Source: Victivallales bacterium
Lineage (GTDB): Bacteria; Verrucomicrobiota; Lentisphaeria; Oligosphaerales; Lenti-02
Reading direction: 5' to 3'
NCBI GenBank assembly: GCA_003245525.1
Contig: QKCY01000500.1
Coordinates: 1 to 55,686 of the forward strand
DNA length: 55,686 nt
Positions 18,766 through 28,135 of this stretch are shown one piece after another. The translations under genes and the position numbers were made by a program. Below the pieces are notes generated by a model. That model saw only the letters and a program-made list of their open reading frames with translations. It did not search any database and had not been told where the DNA came from. Every line of letters starts with the position of its first letter. Position 1 is the first letter of the stretch.

Positions 18766-20053
18766 GGATCTTCTCGGCGGCGCGGTGGGAGTCGGGATGT
18801 TCGGTGGAGACGATCAGGTGGGCCGCCTCGGCGTAGAGCGGTCGCCGCAGGGCGAAGAGCTCGCGGGCCCGCGCCGTGGGGTCGGCCACGGCCAGAAGGG
18901 GCCGGTCGGTGCCCGCGCAGCGTTTCACCACAGTCTCGATGGCGGCGTAGAGCCAGATGCAGAGGGTGCGCTGGGCCAGGGTCTGCCGGTTGGCCGCGCT
19001 GCCCACCACGCCACCACCGCAGGAGATCACCAGATCGGTGGAATCGGCCAGGTCTTCGAGCGCTTGGGTTTCGAGCGCCCGGAAGGTGGCTTCGCCGTCC
19101 TCGGCGAAGATCTTCGGGATCGGCTTTCCGGCCCGCTGCTCGATGAGATCGTCCATATCCACCAGATGGCGGTGCAGGGCGGCGGCGAGACGGCGCGCGA
19201 CGGTGCTTTTGCCCGCGCCCATGAAGCCGATCAGGGCGATGGGACGGCGGTCGTCCAGCCGGGGGCCGTCCAGGCCCGGCTCCATATCGGCGCGGACACA
19301 GGGCTGGCCGGTGAAGGCGGTGAAGGCAGGAATGGCCTGGTTCAGCAACCAGTCCAGCCCGCTCAGGCAGGTGCAGCCGCGCGCCTTGGCGAGGCGGTAG
19401 AGACTGGCCCCCTTGTAGTTGGCATCGAAGACGATCTGGCCGGGGCGGAGCCAGGATTCCTGGACCACGTCCAGATGGGGGGCCAGCGAGGATACGACCG
19501 CGTCGGCTCCGCGCACCTGTGCCTCCACCTCGTCGTAGGGCATCGCGGCGCACCCCATGGTGGCGGCCAGTTCCTGGGCCTTCTCGTAGGTGCGGTTGAC
19601 GATGGTCACCTTGGCCCCGGCCCGGACCAAGCCACGGGCAGCGCCCCGCGCCGCCCCGCCTGCGCCGAGCAGAACCACCCGACGCCCGGCCAGGGAGAGA
19701 CGGCGGTCGGCAAAGGAGCCCACGACCCCCGTGTGGTCGGTGTTGTAGCCGGTGAGGACGCCGCCATCGTTGACGATGGTGTTGGCTCCGCCGATCCGGG
19801 CCGCCTCGGGGTCCACGTGGTCGACCCCGGCCAGCATGTCCGGTTTGTAGGGCGCGGTGACGTTCAGTCCCCGGATGCCGAGGGAGCGGACCACGTCCAA
19901 CGCTTCCTGGGCGGTGTCGGCCGCCAGTCGCGTGTAGGTGCCGGGAACGCCCTTGGCCCGCATGGCCGCGTTCATGATGGCGGGGCTGAGACTATGCAGA
20001 ACCGGCCGGCCGGTCACGGCCAGGAGAAGGGGATGGGAATCAGTTGGGGGCAT
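18734..20053 (-). CDS. aroE-aroK: Fused shikimate dehydrogenase (N-terminal) and shikimate kinase (C-terminal)
   Basis: The AroE part has HSLSPAIMNAA, LNVTAPYK and VLLGAGGAARG. The AroK part has the Walker A motif IGFMGAGKSTV, FRALE and SCGGGVV. Start re-placed at ATG 20053 (MPPTDSHPLL). It overlaps the cdaR stop by 14 nt and the aroA start by 32 nt. Confidence 0.85.
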   Translation of the reverse strand: MPPTDSHPLLLAVTGRPVLHSLSPAIMNAAMRAKGVPGTYTRLAADTAQEALDVVRSLGIRGLNVTAPYKPDMLAGVDHVDPEAARIGGANTIVNDGGVLTGYNTDHTGVVGSFADRRLSLAGRRVVLLGAGGAARGAARGLVRAGAKVTIVNRTYEKAQELAATMGCAAMPYDEVEAQVRGADAVVSSLAPHLDVVQESWLRPGQIVFDANYKGASLYRLAKARGCTCLSGLDWLLNQAIPAFTAFTGQPCVRADMEPGLDGPRLDDRRPIALIGFMGAGKSTVARRLAAALHRHLVDMDDLIEQRAGKPIPKIFAEDGEATFRALETQALEDLADSTDLVISCGGGVVGSAANRQTLAQRTLCIWLYAAIETVVKRCAGTDRPLLAVADPTARARELFALRRPLYAEAAHLIVSTEHPDSHRAAEKIHEEIRQTFHR

Positions 20054-21047
20054 TGGGCGCTGGGGCCGGCGGAGCCGGTTCCTTCTGGTCTGGGCTGGCT
20101 GCTGCGGCGACGAGTTCCAGAGGGACAACGGCCGGATGCACATAGCTCGCCGTCAGTTCCGCATCGCCGTCGATCCACACCTGCACGGTGCCGGCCTGCT
20201 GGCCGGCAGTGGTGATGCCGGTCAGGTCGATGAAGGCGTGGATCTGGGCCGGGGTCAGTTTGTCGAGGGCCGCTTGCGGCCCGCGCACTGTGACGGACAC
20301 CAAGGGGAGCTCCCCCTTCACCTGGAGGGGCGAGTGGGCGGCAATCAGCACCACCATGGGCAGGTCGGCATAGTTGGTCTGGCCGCTGGTGCGGGCCACC
20401 TGGACGGAGACGTGGACCATCTTTCCCATCTCGACCCCGGGGATCGGCGTGAGCGGGATATCCTGCTCGAAATCGCGCACGATGGTGTCGTCGAGGACGA
20501 CTGGTTCGGTGGTGACTTCCTGGATGTCCTTGGCGACCCGGTAGGGGCCGCGGATGGTGGTGGTGGCGGGGACCACCGCCCGGCGGGTGCGGCGGTAGCC
20601 CTCCCGGATCTTCCCTTCGAAGCGGACATTGATCGGGATGTCGGTCCGGGTTACGATGCGGTCCAGCCGCACCTGAATCTTGTTCCGGTCGATATCCACC
20701 ACCCGGATGCCGGGAGGGGTATGGTCCACGTTGTGGCGGGAGATGATCACATCCGCGAAATAGGACCCGGGCAGGGGATTGGCCACCTGGGCCGAGAGGC
20801 GGATGTCGCTGCTCTTGAGCTGCTCCAGCGCCCGGGGCGAGCCGCGCACGGTCACGCCAACCGTGGGGACCTCGCTTTCCACGATGGTCTCGGCCGGGTC
20901 GTACAGCAGGTTGATCGGCACATTGTGCAGCACCATCGTCTCGCTGAGCTGGGCCGAGACGGTGAGCCAGATGACCAGGGCGAAGAACAGGGCCACCAGC
21001 TTGCGCAGAAGGTCATGACGGAGGAAATGGGGGAGGCGGAAGTTCAT
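20040..21047 (-). CDS. cdaR: YbbR-domain protein, CdaR-like regulator of diadenylate cyclase
   Basis: N-terminal TM helix followed by repeated YbbR-like modules (VPINLLYDP.., IPINVRFEG..). The ATGA overlap with the cdaA stop matches the typical cdaA-cdaR arrangement. Confidence 0.8.
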   Translation of the reverse strand: MNFRLPHFLRHDLLRKLVALFFALVIWLTVSAQLSETMVLHNVPINLLYDPAETIVESEVPTVGVTVRGSPRALEQLKSSDIRLSAQVANPLPGSYFADVIISRHNVDHTPPGIRVVDIDRNKIQVRLDRIVTRTDIPINVRFEGKIREGYRRTRRAVVPATTTIRGPYRVAKDIQEVTTEPVVLDDTIVRDFEQDIPLTPIPGVEMGKMVHVSVQVARTSGQTNYADLPMVVLIAAHSPLQVKGELPLVSVTVRGPQAALDKLTPAQIHAFIDLTGITTAGQQAGTVQVWIDGDAELTASYVHPAVVPLELVAAAASPDQKEPAPPAPAPNAPN

Positions 21048-21934
21048 TCCTCGCCCTCCTCGCCGCCGAAATCATCCTCCAGATCGATCGCGGTCTCATC
21101 CAGGCCCAGCAGAGGCAGCTTGCCGCGTTCCTGGCGCATTTCCCGTTTCACCAGCCAGTTGGTGAGGTGGCGGCGGAGCCGTTCGCGCTCCACGCCGCGG
21201 ATCAGGTGCCCCTTGTAGGCCACGCTGACCGCCCCCGACTCCTCGGAGGCGATGATGACCACGGCGTCGGTCTCCTCGCTGATGCCCAGGCCGGCCCGGT
21301 GCCGGGTGCCGAGGCTGCGGTTCTGCTCCGTGTTCTGGGTCAGCGGGAAGATGCAGCCCGCCGCCACCAGCGTGTCGCCGCGGATGATGACCCCGCCATC
21401 ATGCAGCGGGGTGTTGGGGAAGAAGATCGTGCTGAGCAGCTTGCTCGACACGGGCGCGTTGATGTAGGTCCCGGTCTCGGTGTAGGAGCGCATCCCGATG
21501 GTCCGCTCGATGGCGATCAGAGCCCCGATCCGATGGCTGGCCAGGTAGTAGGTGGCGTCCACCAGCGTATCCACCACATCCGTGTTGCGCTTGCCCCCGC
21601 GGCCCAGATGCAGACGGCTCTGCTGGCGGCCCAACTCGGCGAAGGCGCGCCGGATCTCCGGCTGGAAGATGATAAGCAGGGAAAGGGCGAGCAGAGCCCA
21701 GAGCCGGGTCAGAATCCAGTCGATGACTTCCAGACCGAGCATCTGGGCGAGGGTGCTCGTCACCACCAGGGTGATCACCAGCCCGGCCAACACCATGGCG
21801 GCACGGGTGCCGCGCACAAAGCGCAACGCCTGGTAGATGAGAAACGTGAGGATGCCGACCTCGACCACGGTCTTCGCGTACTCGCGCAACTCGGTGAAAT
21901 GGGGAGTGCTGAACGTCATGCCCTGGAAAACCAC
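21044..21934 (-). CDS. cdaA: Membrane-anchored diadenylate cyclase (c-di-AMP synthase)
   Basis: Three N-terminal TM helices. DAC-domain motifs are HDGGVIIRG and GTRHRAGLGISEETDAVVIIASEESG. The start is uncertain: GTG 21934 or ATG 21919, neither with a clear SD. Confidence 0.85.
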   Translation of the reverse strand: MVFQGMTFSTPHFTELREYAKTVVEVGILTFLIYQALRFVRGTRAAMVLAGLVITLVVTSTLAQMLGLEVIDWILTRLWALLALSLLIIFQPEIRRAFAELGRQQSRLHLGRGGKRNTDVVDTLVDATYYLASHRIGALIAIERTIGMRSYTETGTYINAPVSSKLLSTIFFPNTPLHDGGVIIRGDTLVAAGCIFPLTQNTEQNRSLGTRHRAGLGISEETDAVVIIASEESGAVSVAYKGHLIRGVERERLRRHLTNWLVKREMRQERGKLPLLGLDETAIDLEDDFGGEEGEE

Positions 21935-21987
21935 CCGTGTGACTACCGCAATATACGCGGACGGCGAGCGATGTCACTGGGAAGGGG

Positions 21988-22146
21988 GCAATGGAATGGT
22001 GGAATGGTGGAATGCCGGAATGGGAGAACGGAGGAGGGGATTGGCAGGGGCTGTGGGCTGGCGTGGCTGTTGGCACCCATTCCTCCCTGTCCGTTTTCGC
22101 CCTTTCCCCCTTCCGTCGTTCCACCATTCCATCATTCCATTATTCC
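21988..22146. repeat. GGAATG-type 8-bp tandem repeat / imperfect inverted-repeat element (short copy)
   Basis: The left arm at 21993-22024 is ggaatggt ggaatggt ggaatgcc ggaatggg. The right arm at 22119-22146 is ttccaccattccatcattccattattcc, the reverse complement of GGAATNNT units. The arms are separated by a GC-rich loop. The right arm contains the stop codon of the 22140-23906 gene. Confidence 0.8.
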
Positions 22147-23906
22147 GCGCCCTCTCCCTCCACCGCCTGCAGGCCGATATAGTCCAGCATGACCCCGTCT
22201 TCCAGATTCACCGCCTGGACCTGGACATCCCCGGCTGGCAGGTCGAGGGTCACGGCCCCCGTGACCTGGTGCCAGCGTTCGTAGACTTCGTCCGCCAACC
22301 GGACTTCCTGCCCGGCAAGCCGGAAGGCGATGCTGTTGCCGCAGCCATCGGACCACTGGACCCGGGCAAAGAGCAGAAAGCGTCCGGCGGCGGGTACCGA
22401 CAGGTGAAGCGTGGCCCGGCCGATGCCCTTGCCCCGTCCCTCGGGGATCGCCAGGGCCCTATTGCCGGAAGCACCGTCTGCCTTCACCACCTGGAATGGC
22501 GCCATGATCTCGAAGGCGTTCTCGGCCTCGACCGTGACCACGTTTGCCGGGCCGCCGCCGTAGGTGTCGGGAAGGACGACGATTCGGGGACCGTGCGTGG
22601 TCCGCCGGGGCTGGTGGAGGCCGGCCACGACCTGGTTGGCCAGACTCGGCCAATCCCGGTCGGTGCCATTCACGAGCAACGAGAGGGCCAGGAGGCAGAC
22701 CACCATGGTCCAGCAGCCCAGCACCCGCCACGGGCGGCGGTAGGAGAGCGGCTGCCCGTGGGGATCGAACGCCAGGCCGATCAGGACGCCGAGCCAGATG
22801 CCGATGCCCCGGGCCAGGGCGAGGGAGAAAAGGCCCGCTCCCATGGCCGCGATCAGAGCCACGGCCACGGCCCGGCGGTCCTGGGCTTCCTCGGGCAGCT
22901 CTCCCGGTCCCGCCCGCCAGGCGGCAAGGCAGGCCCCCAGCAACAGCCAGAACAGGCCGACCAGACCGATGGGTCCCGATTCGACCAGTGTCACCAGATA
23001 CTGGCAATTGCCGTCGCGCGGCACTTTCGAGTCGGCCGGATGGGGATCGGGCGCTCCGAAGTCGCGCAGGTGGTTGATGGCCGCTTTGTACTGGCCCAGT
23101 CCTGCCCCCAACGGCAGGCGGAGCGGGCTCCGCAACGCCAGTTCGGCCTCGATGACCGACCGTTTGAGATGGGTCTCGTCGTAGTGAGGACGTAGCCGGT
23201 CCCAGCTTCCCCGTTGGCCGGGCAGGAGCGAGGCCCCGAGCGCGAAGGGGATGGCCAGCAAGGCGAGCCGGTGGCGGCCGCCGAAGACCAAGCTGCCCAC
23301 GGCCACCACGATGCACCAGACCAGGAGCGGTCCGGCATGGGGGAAGCCCAGCCCGGCCAGTACGCCGGGAACGACCGCGAGCCAGGGACAGCCGAGGCGC
23401 CCCAAGACCAGTACGGCAAAGGGAGCCGCCAGCGTGGCATACGCCCCCCATTTCGCGGGACTAAGCCCCAGCCAGCCAAGCCCTCCCACGGCCGCCAGGA
23501 CCAGGAGGAGCAGCTCCAGTCCGGCCAGGACCCAGACCACGTTGGCCCGGACCCGCCGCCGGGTTCCGAACTGGACGAAGTAGACGGAGACCAGAGTGAT
23601 CTCGCCCAACTGGACAAGCTCCTTGGCCGTGGTCGGCAGCGTGTGCCAGTTGCCGCCAAGCAGGCCGCTGGCAAGGGCCACGGTACCGATCAGCACCGGG
23701 CGCGGCAGCCAGGGAAGGGGGCGGGCGGAGGAAACGGCGATGACCACGAACAGACCCGCGAGCAGGACCAGCGTGGGCAGCGGCAGGCCGGGGGTGAGCT
23801 GTTCCCCGCTTGCGCTGAACACCGCTCCCGGATTCCACGGCACCAGCGCCACGACCAGGACGATGGCGATGATGCCGTTGCGGACAGCTTCGTGGCGATA
23901 GGTCAC
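22140..23906 (-). CDS. Polytopic O-antigen ligase/polymerase-like (Wzy_C-type) membrane protein with C-terminal CBM-like jelly-roll domain
   Basis: At least 10 predicted hydrophobic helices. The Wzy_C-like segment is GNCQYLVTLVESGPIGLVGLFWLLLG. The C-terminal soluble domain is VVTVEAENAFEI..LHLSVPAAGRFLLFARVQW. Start re-placed at GTG 23906, with GGGAGGA 6 nt upstream and a GTGA overlap with the upstream stop. Confidence 0.7.
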   Translation of the reverse strand: MTYRHEAVRNGIIAIVLVVALVPWNPGAVFSASGEQLTPGLPLPTLVLLAGLFVVIAVSSARPLPWLPRPVLIGTVALASGLLGGNWHTLPTTAKELVQLGEITLVSVYFVQFGTRRRVRANVVWVLAGLELLLLVLAAVGGLGWLGLSPAKWGAYATLAAPFAVLVLGRLGCPWLAVVPGVLAGLGFPHAGPLLVWCIVVAVGSLVFGGRHRLALLAIPFALGASLLPGQRGSWDRLRPHYDETHLKRSVIEAELALRSPLRLPLGAGLGQYKAAINHLRDFGAPDPHPADSKVPRDGNCQYLVTLVESGPIGLVGLFWLLLGACLAAWRAGPGELPEEAQDRRAVAVALIAAMGAGLFSLALARGIGIWLGVLIGLAFDPHGQPLSYRRPWRVLGCWTMVVCLLALSLLVNGTDRDWPSLANQVVAGLHQPRRTTHGPRIVVLPDTYGGGPANVVTVEAENAFEIMAPFQVVKADGASGNRALAIPEGRGKGIGRATLHLSVPAAGRFLLFARVQWSDGCGNSIAFRLAGQEVRLADEVYERWHQVTGAVTLDLPAGDVQVQAVNLEDGVMLDYIGLQAVEGEGAE

Positions 23907-26900
23907 GGCTTTTCCTCCCGAGCCGCGACGAACCGGGGCTTGCCGACGGTGAACCGGCCGCCCGCCTGGTTCTTCGTGCTGCCCGCCAGCAGGTAGTCCT
24001 CGTTGCTGCTGTTCCCCAGGGTCAGGGACACCACCTGCACACCCTCCGCGGTGCCCCGCAGGCGGGCGATGCCCTGGCTCAGGTTGCAGCGCAGCAGGCC
24101 ATCGGCATAGGTGCTCCCCTCGATCAGGAAGAGCTGGCGGACCGCGTTCTCCTCCAGGGTTGGCAGGCGGAAGCACTCGCCCTTCTCGAAGTCCGGGGTG
24201 AGCAGGGCCTTCATCCCGGTGATGGGGGCCGTGACCGGGATCAGGAAAGAGCCGACGGAGGTCTGGACATGCAGGTTCAGCGCCACGTTGGGGGGGACCT
24301 CAAGGGGCAGTTCCAGCACCGGCTTCCCGGCGAGAATCCAAGGGGGCTGCGACTCGTAGCGCACCGCCCCGAAGCCGGTGCCGGTGGTCCGCTCGAAGGT
24401 GGTGGTGCGCTCGTTTTCCCCCGCCACGCGCAAGGCGTCGGTATGGAGCGGGTGCCAACCGTGGGTGGCGGGCGCCACCGGCGGGACCGAGAGCACCGCA
24501 GGTTCCCAGCCCGTCTCCTCGGCCATCGAGGAGGCCTTGGTGACCGCAAAGCCGTTGCGCACCGACCAGAACGCGAGGTGCCCGCCCGCCAGGGGGGCGG
24601 GATCGGTATAGTCGAAGACCGGCCGGTCGTCGATCCAGACGCGCACCCGGGGGCCAGCCTTCCACACGGCGATGCGCCGCCAGAAATAGTGGACCACGCC
24701 GAAGCCGGGCTGGGTGGGGAACAGGAAGGACGGATCGGTGGTTTGCGCTACCACCTGCCCCTGGCGCACGAGACAGGTTTCCCGGTTGTCGTTGGCCCCG
24801 AACAGCACCGCATAGCCGGACAGCGGATCGCGCCCGTTGCCGCAGAAGGAGACGTTCAGATCGCGCCGGACATACCAGCCCTCGTTTGCGATCAGGGTCT
24901 GGAACTTGTTCTCCCGGTCCGCAGCGGGGTCGTAGCGGAACGAGGCGTCGCCGGCGTCCCAGGGCATCACCGGCCGCTGGGAGATGAAGTACTCGTGGAA
25001 CTGGTCTCCGGCGAAGCGCCGCTTGCTCACGATCATGGGCACGGCGGTGGAGCCGCAGGCGAGGAAGTTCCACTGGTTCTGGCAGGCCCAGCGGGCATCC
25101 ATGCGGAACGCGCCATCCAGCCAGACCCAGTCGGCGGGGGCCTCCTCGAAGAACTCGTTGTGGAGATGCTGGCAGAAGATGCGGTGGTGCTCGGGACGGG
25201 GAACCACTAGCACGCCATCCTCCGAACGCAGCCGGAGGACGCCCAGCCGCACGTTCCCCGGGGCTGTGAGGCCCAGGGAAACCCAGGCTCCGCCCAGCCA
25301 CGCGTCGAGATCCCCGGCGGGGGTCCGGCGGACCCGCAGTTGCAGCCCCGGCCGCCGGTCATCGCCCCAGCCGGGCAGTTCCAACTGCCAGCCCTGGGCA
25401 TCGCGTCGGGCTGTGAACTGGGCCAGCGTCTTGCCGCCGCCGGTGCCCTGGTTGCCGATGTCGGCCTCGGTGACCAGGAAGCAATAGCGGCCAGCGGGAA
25501 TCTCGCCCAGGCGTTCGTCGTAGGTCTGCGAACGGTACTCCCAGGCACCGATCAGGGGTTGCCGGGTACGGATGCCAGCACCGAGCTGGCCGTCCACGCG
25601 GTCCATGAAGTGGACGAAGGTGTCGTTGCCCTCGGCCCATTGGCCGAACTGCTCGGGATCGGCCTTGTTCTTGTGCTCCTTGCCGGCGAAGGCCCGGCTG
25701 ACCGCCAGGAGTGGTTCGGGAGCGGGAGCGGGGACCGGCAGGGAACAGATTCGCACATCGTCGAACTCCGCCAAATCCTCCCCCACCAGGATCTGGCAGG
25801 GGCCGGAGACCCGTTCGGTCAGAGTGGTGGAGAGTACCCGTACCTGGTCGAGCCAGCCCTCCAGCCGGCAACCGTCGGCCACGGTCACGCCAATCCGGAC
25901 CCAGTTGGTGAGCGGGGGACGCGAGCCGCCATAGGTGGCCAGCACTTCCCAGGGGGCACCGCCGTGCCGCTGGACCAGGCAGAACCGACGTTCGCTGCCC
26001 AGCCAGCCAAATCCTACCTGGAGCCCGGCCTCGGGCCCTTGCACCACCAGTAGGTTGGTCCCGGTAGGGAGGGTGTTGCCGTCCACCACGAAATCGGTCT
26101 TGGGCAGGCCGAAGTAGAACCGGGCTTCGGCCGCGTACTCCGCCCAGTCGTCACCGCCATAGGTCAGGCTGGCCCCCCCGGAACCGCGGACGGTAAAGGG
26201 GTTCACGGCCCGCTGGAAGTCGTAGCTGTGGACTTCGCTTTCGCTGCGGGCCATGCCGCCGCCGTGCTGGGCCAGGGCGATCGAGCCGGTCGCTGCCGTG
26301 CACGGGCCGGAGACCAGATCGAACCGCATGAAGCCGTCCGCCACATCCACCTGCGGATACAGGGCGCTGGCGAGCTCGGGTGCGGTTTCCTCGGCGGCTT
26401 CCCAGAAGACATCCCAGTCGGAGCTTGGATTGGTGATCCGGCTGCCGTCCACATACAGCGTCACGCGCCCCTGGGCCAGGAACAGCTCGGCGTGGTCATG
26501 CATCCGGCCAACCACCTTGCCTGCCCGTTGCACATTGCCCACGGGGTCGATGTAGAGGTAGTCGTCCGGGTTGGTGTGGGAGCGGAGGTAGAGCCGGTGG
26601 GTGCGCAGCGTGTCCCGGTCGAAGCGGAGCGTGCGCGCGGCGGCCTTCCCGGGCACGGCAAAGGGGATCAGAACCAGACAGTGCTGCGCGTCCTCCCACT
26701 GGTTCTCAAGCTGGGCCCGGGGAGATGGCCGGTGTATCCAGTCGCAGCCTCCCAGCAGAGCGCCGAGGATAGCCAGGGCAAGGCCGCCACTCCAGCGGAA
26801 ACTGGGACGGTGCCGGGTTGGCGGGCGATGGACTGCGCTGTTTTTCACTCCGTCGGGCCAGGCTCCGTTCCGCTGGGAGCCCGGCACCGCTGGCGGTGCC

Positions 26901-26908
26901 GGGCGCAA
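23903..26908 (-). CDS. Large (about 1000 aa) putative lipoprotein of unknown function, LamG/concanavalin-like repeats suspected
   Basis: Single long ORF with GC3-rich codons. Lipobox-like LALAILGALLGGC. I recognise no catalytic motif. The start is uncertain: TTG 26908 has no SD, and GTG at about 26854 is an alternative. Confidence 0.6.
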   Translation of the reverse strand: MRPAPPAVPGSQRNGAWPDGVKNSAVHRPPTRHRPSFRWSGGLALAILGALLGGCDWIHRPSPRAQLENQWEDAQHCLVLIPFAVPGKAAARTLRFDRDTLRTHRLYLRSHTNPDDYLYIDPVGNVQRAGKVVGRMHDHAELFLAQGRVTLYVDGSRITNPSSDWDVFWEAAEETAPELASALYPQVDVADGFMRFDLVSGPCTAATGSIALAQHGGGMARSESEVHSYDFQRAVNPFTVRGSGGASLTYGGDDWAEYAAEARFYFGLPKTDFVVDGNTLPTGTNLLVVQGPEAGLQVGFGWLGSERRFCLVQRHGGAPWEVLATYGGSRPPLTNWVRIGVTVADGCRLEGWLDQVRVLSTTLTERVSGPCQILVGEDLAEFDDVRICSLPVPAPAPEPLLAVSRAFAGKEHKNKADPEQFGQWAEGNDTFVHFMDRVDGQLGAGIRTRQPLIGAWEYRSQTYDERLGEIPAGRYCFLVTEADIGNQGTGGGKTLAQFTARRDAQGWQLELPGWGDDRRPGLQLRVRRTPAGDLDAWLGGAWVSLGLTAPGNVRLGVLRLRSEDGVLVVPRPEHHRIFCQHLHNEFFEEAPADWVWLDGAFRMDARWACQNQWNFLACGSTAVPMIVSKRRFAGDQFHEYFISQRPVMPWDAGDASFRYDPAADRENKFQTLIANEGWYVRRDLNVSFCGNGRDPLSGYAVLFGANDNRETCLVRQGQVVAQTTDPSFLFPTQPGFGVVHYFWRRIAVWKAGPRVRVWIDDRPVFDYTDPAPLAGGHLAFWSVRNGFAVTKASSMAEETGWEPAVLSVPPVAPATHGWHPLHTDALRVAGENERTTTFERTTGTGFGAVRYESQPPWILAGKPVLELPLEVPPNVALNLHVQTSVGSFLIPVTAPITGMKALLTPDFEKGECFRLPTLEENAVRQLFLIEGSTYADGLLRCNLSQGIARLRGTAEGVQVVSLTLGNSSNEDYLLAGSTKNQAGGRFTVGKPRFVAAREEKP

Positions 26909-26941
26909 TGGACTAGGGAAACGACGATTCCCGGGAAGCTG

Positions 26942-28135
26942 CTACTCGGCGGGAGGAGGGGCAACCGGGGCTGCGGCCTGGGGAGCCGCCTCTTCCTTGG
27001 GTTTCGGCTTGTCCTTCAGCAGGTCGTCACGGGACTTGGTCACGTTCTCGACCGTCCAGGAGTCCACAAGATATACCCAGTTCCCGACGCGCGCATCGAG
27101 GTCGGCCACCTTCTTCTGCGTTTCGGCCAGCTTGTCGGCGAACTCCTTGTCCAGCTTCGTCTTGTCCTCGGGCTTCTCGTCCTGGCCGACGACGCGCTCG
27201 GTCGGCCCGTCGTAGCTGGCCTTGACCGCCAGGTAGTACTTGTTGTCGCTGCCCTTCTTGCCCACGGTGACGGTGTAGACGATGCCGTCGAACTGCTTGG
27301 CGACGAAGGTCTTGGCCTGGTCGAAGCCCGTCTCTTCGGGCTTGAGGGCGGGATCGGCCACATCGCTGAACCGCGCCCAGGAGAAGGCGCTCTTGATGCT
27401 GCCGAGCTTGGTGCTGTCCACTTCCTTGCCGTCCGGGATGTCGCCGGCCAGCTTGAGATCGGCGCTCGTGTCCGTGCGGCTGGCCGTCCAGACGGTCTTG
27501 CCAGCCTCGGCCAGGTTCGCCTCTTGGATGTCGCTGATCTTGAAGAACTGGTCGTCCAGCCAGGTGTTGGGCTCCTCGCCGATCTGGCTGAAGCTCTTCG
27601 CCACCAGCATGACGTCCTTGCCGCCCTTGGCCCGCAGGTAGCGGCCGTCGGGGTAGTCGCCGCCGCCCATGCCCATGGGGTTGCCGCCGCCGCCCTTGCG
27701 CATGTGTTCCTTGCCGAAGAGCACGGCGGCAAGCTCCTTGCCGTCCGCCCCGGACAGGGTCAGCAGCGCCCCGGCATCGTCCTTGCCCGGGTCGTTGAGC
27801 TTCAGGCGTCCGTACTGGCTCTCGCCCGCGGCCACCATTTCGGTGACCGTCAGCTCGCCGAGGTCCTCCAGGAAGGTCGCCAGCTTCTCGTACTTGGCCG
27901 GGTAGCCGTAGCGTTCGGCCACGCGCCAGAGACCGTCCTTGAACTCGACCGTCACCGTGCCCTTGCTGTTCTGCACGGTGAATTTCATGACCTTGGTCAC
28001 GTCGAGCCCGGGCACCACTTTCTTGCCGCTGCCCTGGCCTTGCCAGGACTGGTGCTTGGCGAGCTTCACTTTGATGCCGACCGCCAGCAGAACGACGGCG
28101 ACGAGGCACAGGATCAGGAATTGCTTGCTTTTCAT
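26942..28135 (-). CDS. DUF4340-family protein (partner of GldG-like ABC auxiliary proteins)
   Basis: N-terminal TM helix MKSKQFLILCLVAVVLLAV, then the typical DUF4340 pattern (KFTVQNSKGTVTVEFKDGLWRV, QYGRLKLNDP). ATGA overlap with the upstream GldG-like stop. Confidence 0.75.
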   Translation of the reverse strand: MKSKQFLILCLVAVVLLAVGIKVKLAKHQSWQGQGSGKKVVPGLDVTKVMKFTVQNSKGTVTVEFKDGLWRVAERYGYPAKYEKLATFLEDLGELTVTEMVAAGESQYGRLKLNDPGKDDAGALLTLSGADGKELAAVLFGKEHMRKGGGGNPMGMGGGDYPDGRYLRAKGGKDVMLVAKSFSQIGEEPNTWLDDQFFKISDIQEANLAEAGKTVWTASRTDTSADLKLAGDIPDGKEVDSTKLGSIKSAFSWARFSDVADPALKPEETGFDQAKTFVAKQFDGIVYTVTVGKKGSDNKYYLAVKASYDGPTERVVGQDEKPEDKTKLDKEFADKLAETQKKVADLDARVGNWVYLVDSWTVENVTKSRDDLLKDKPKPKEEAAPQAAAPVAPPPAE

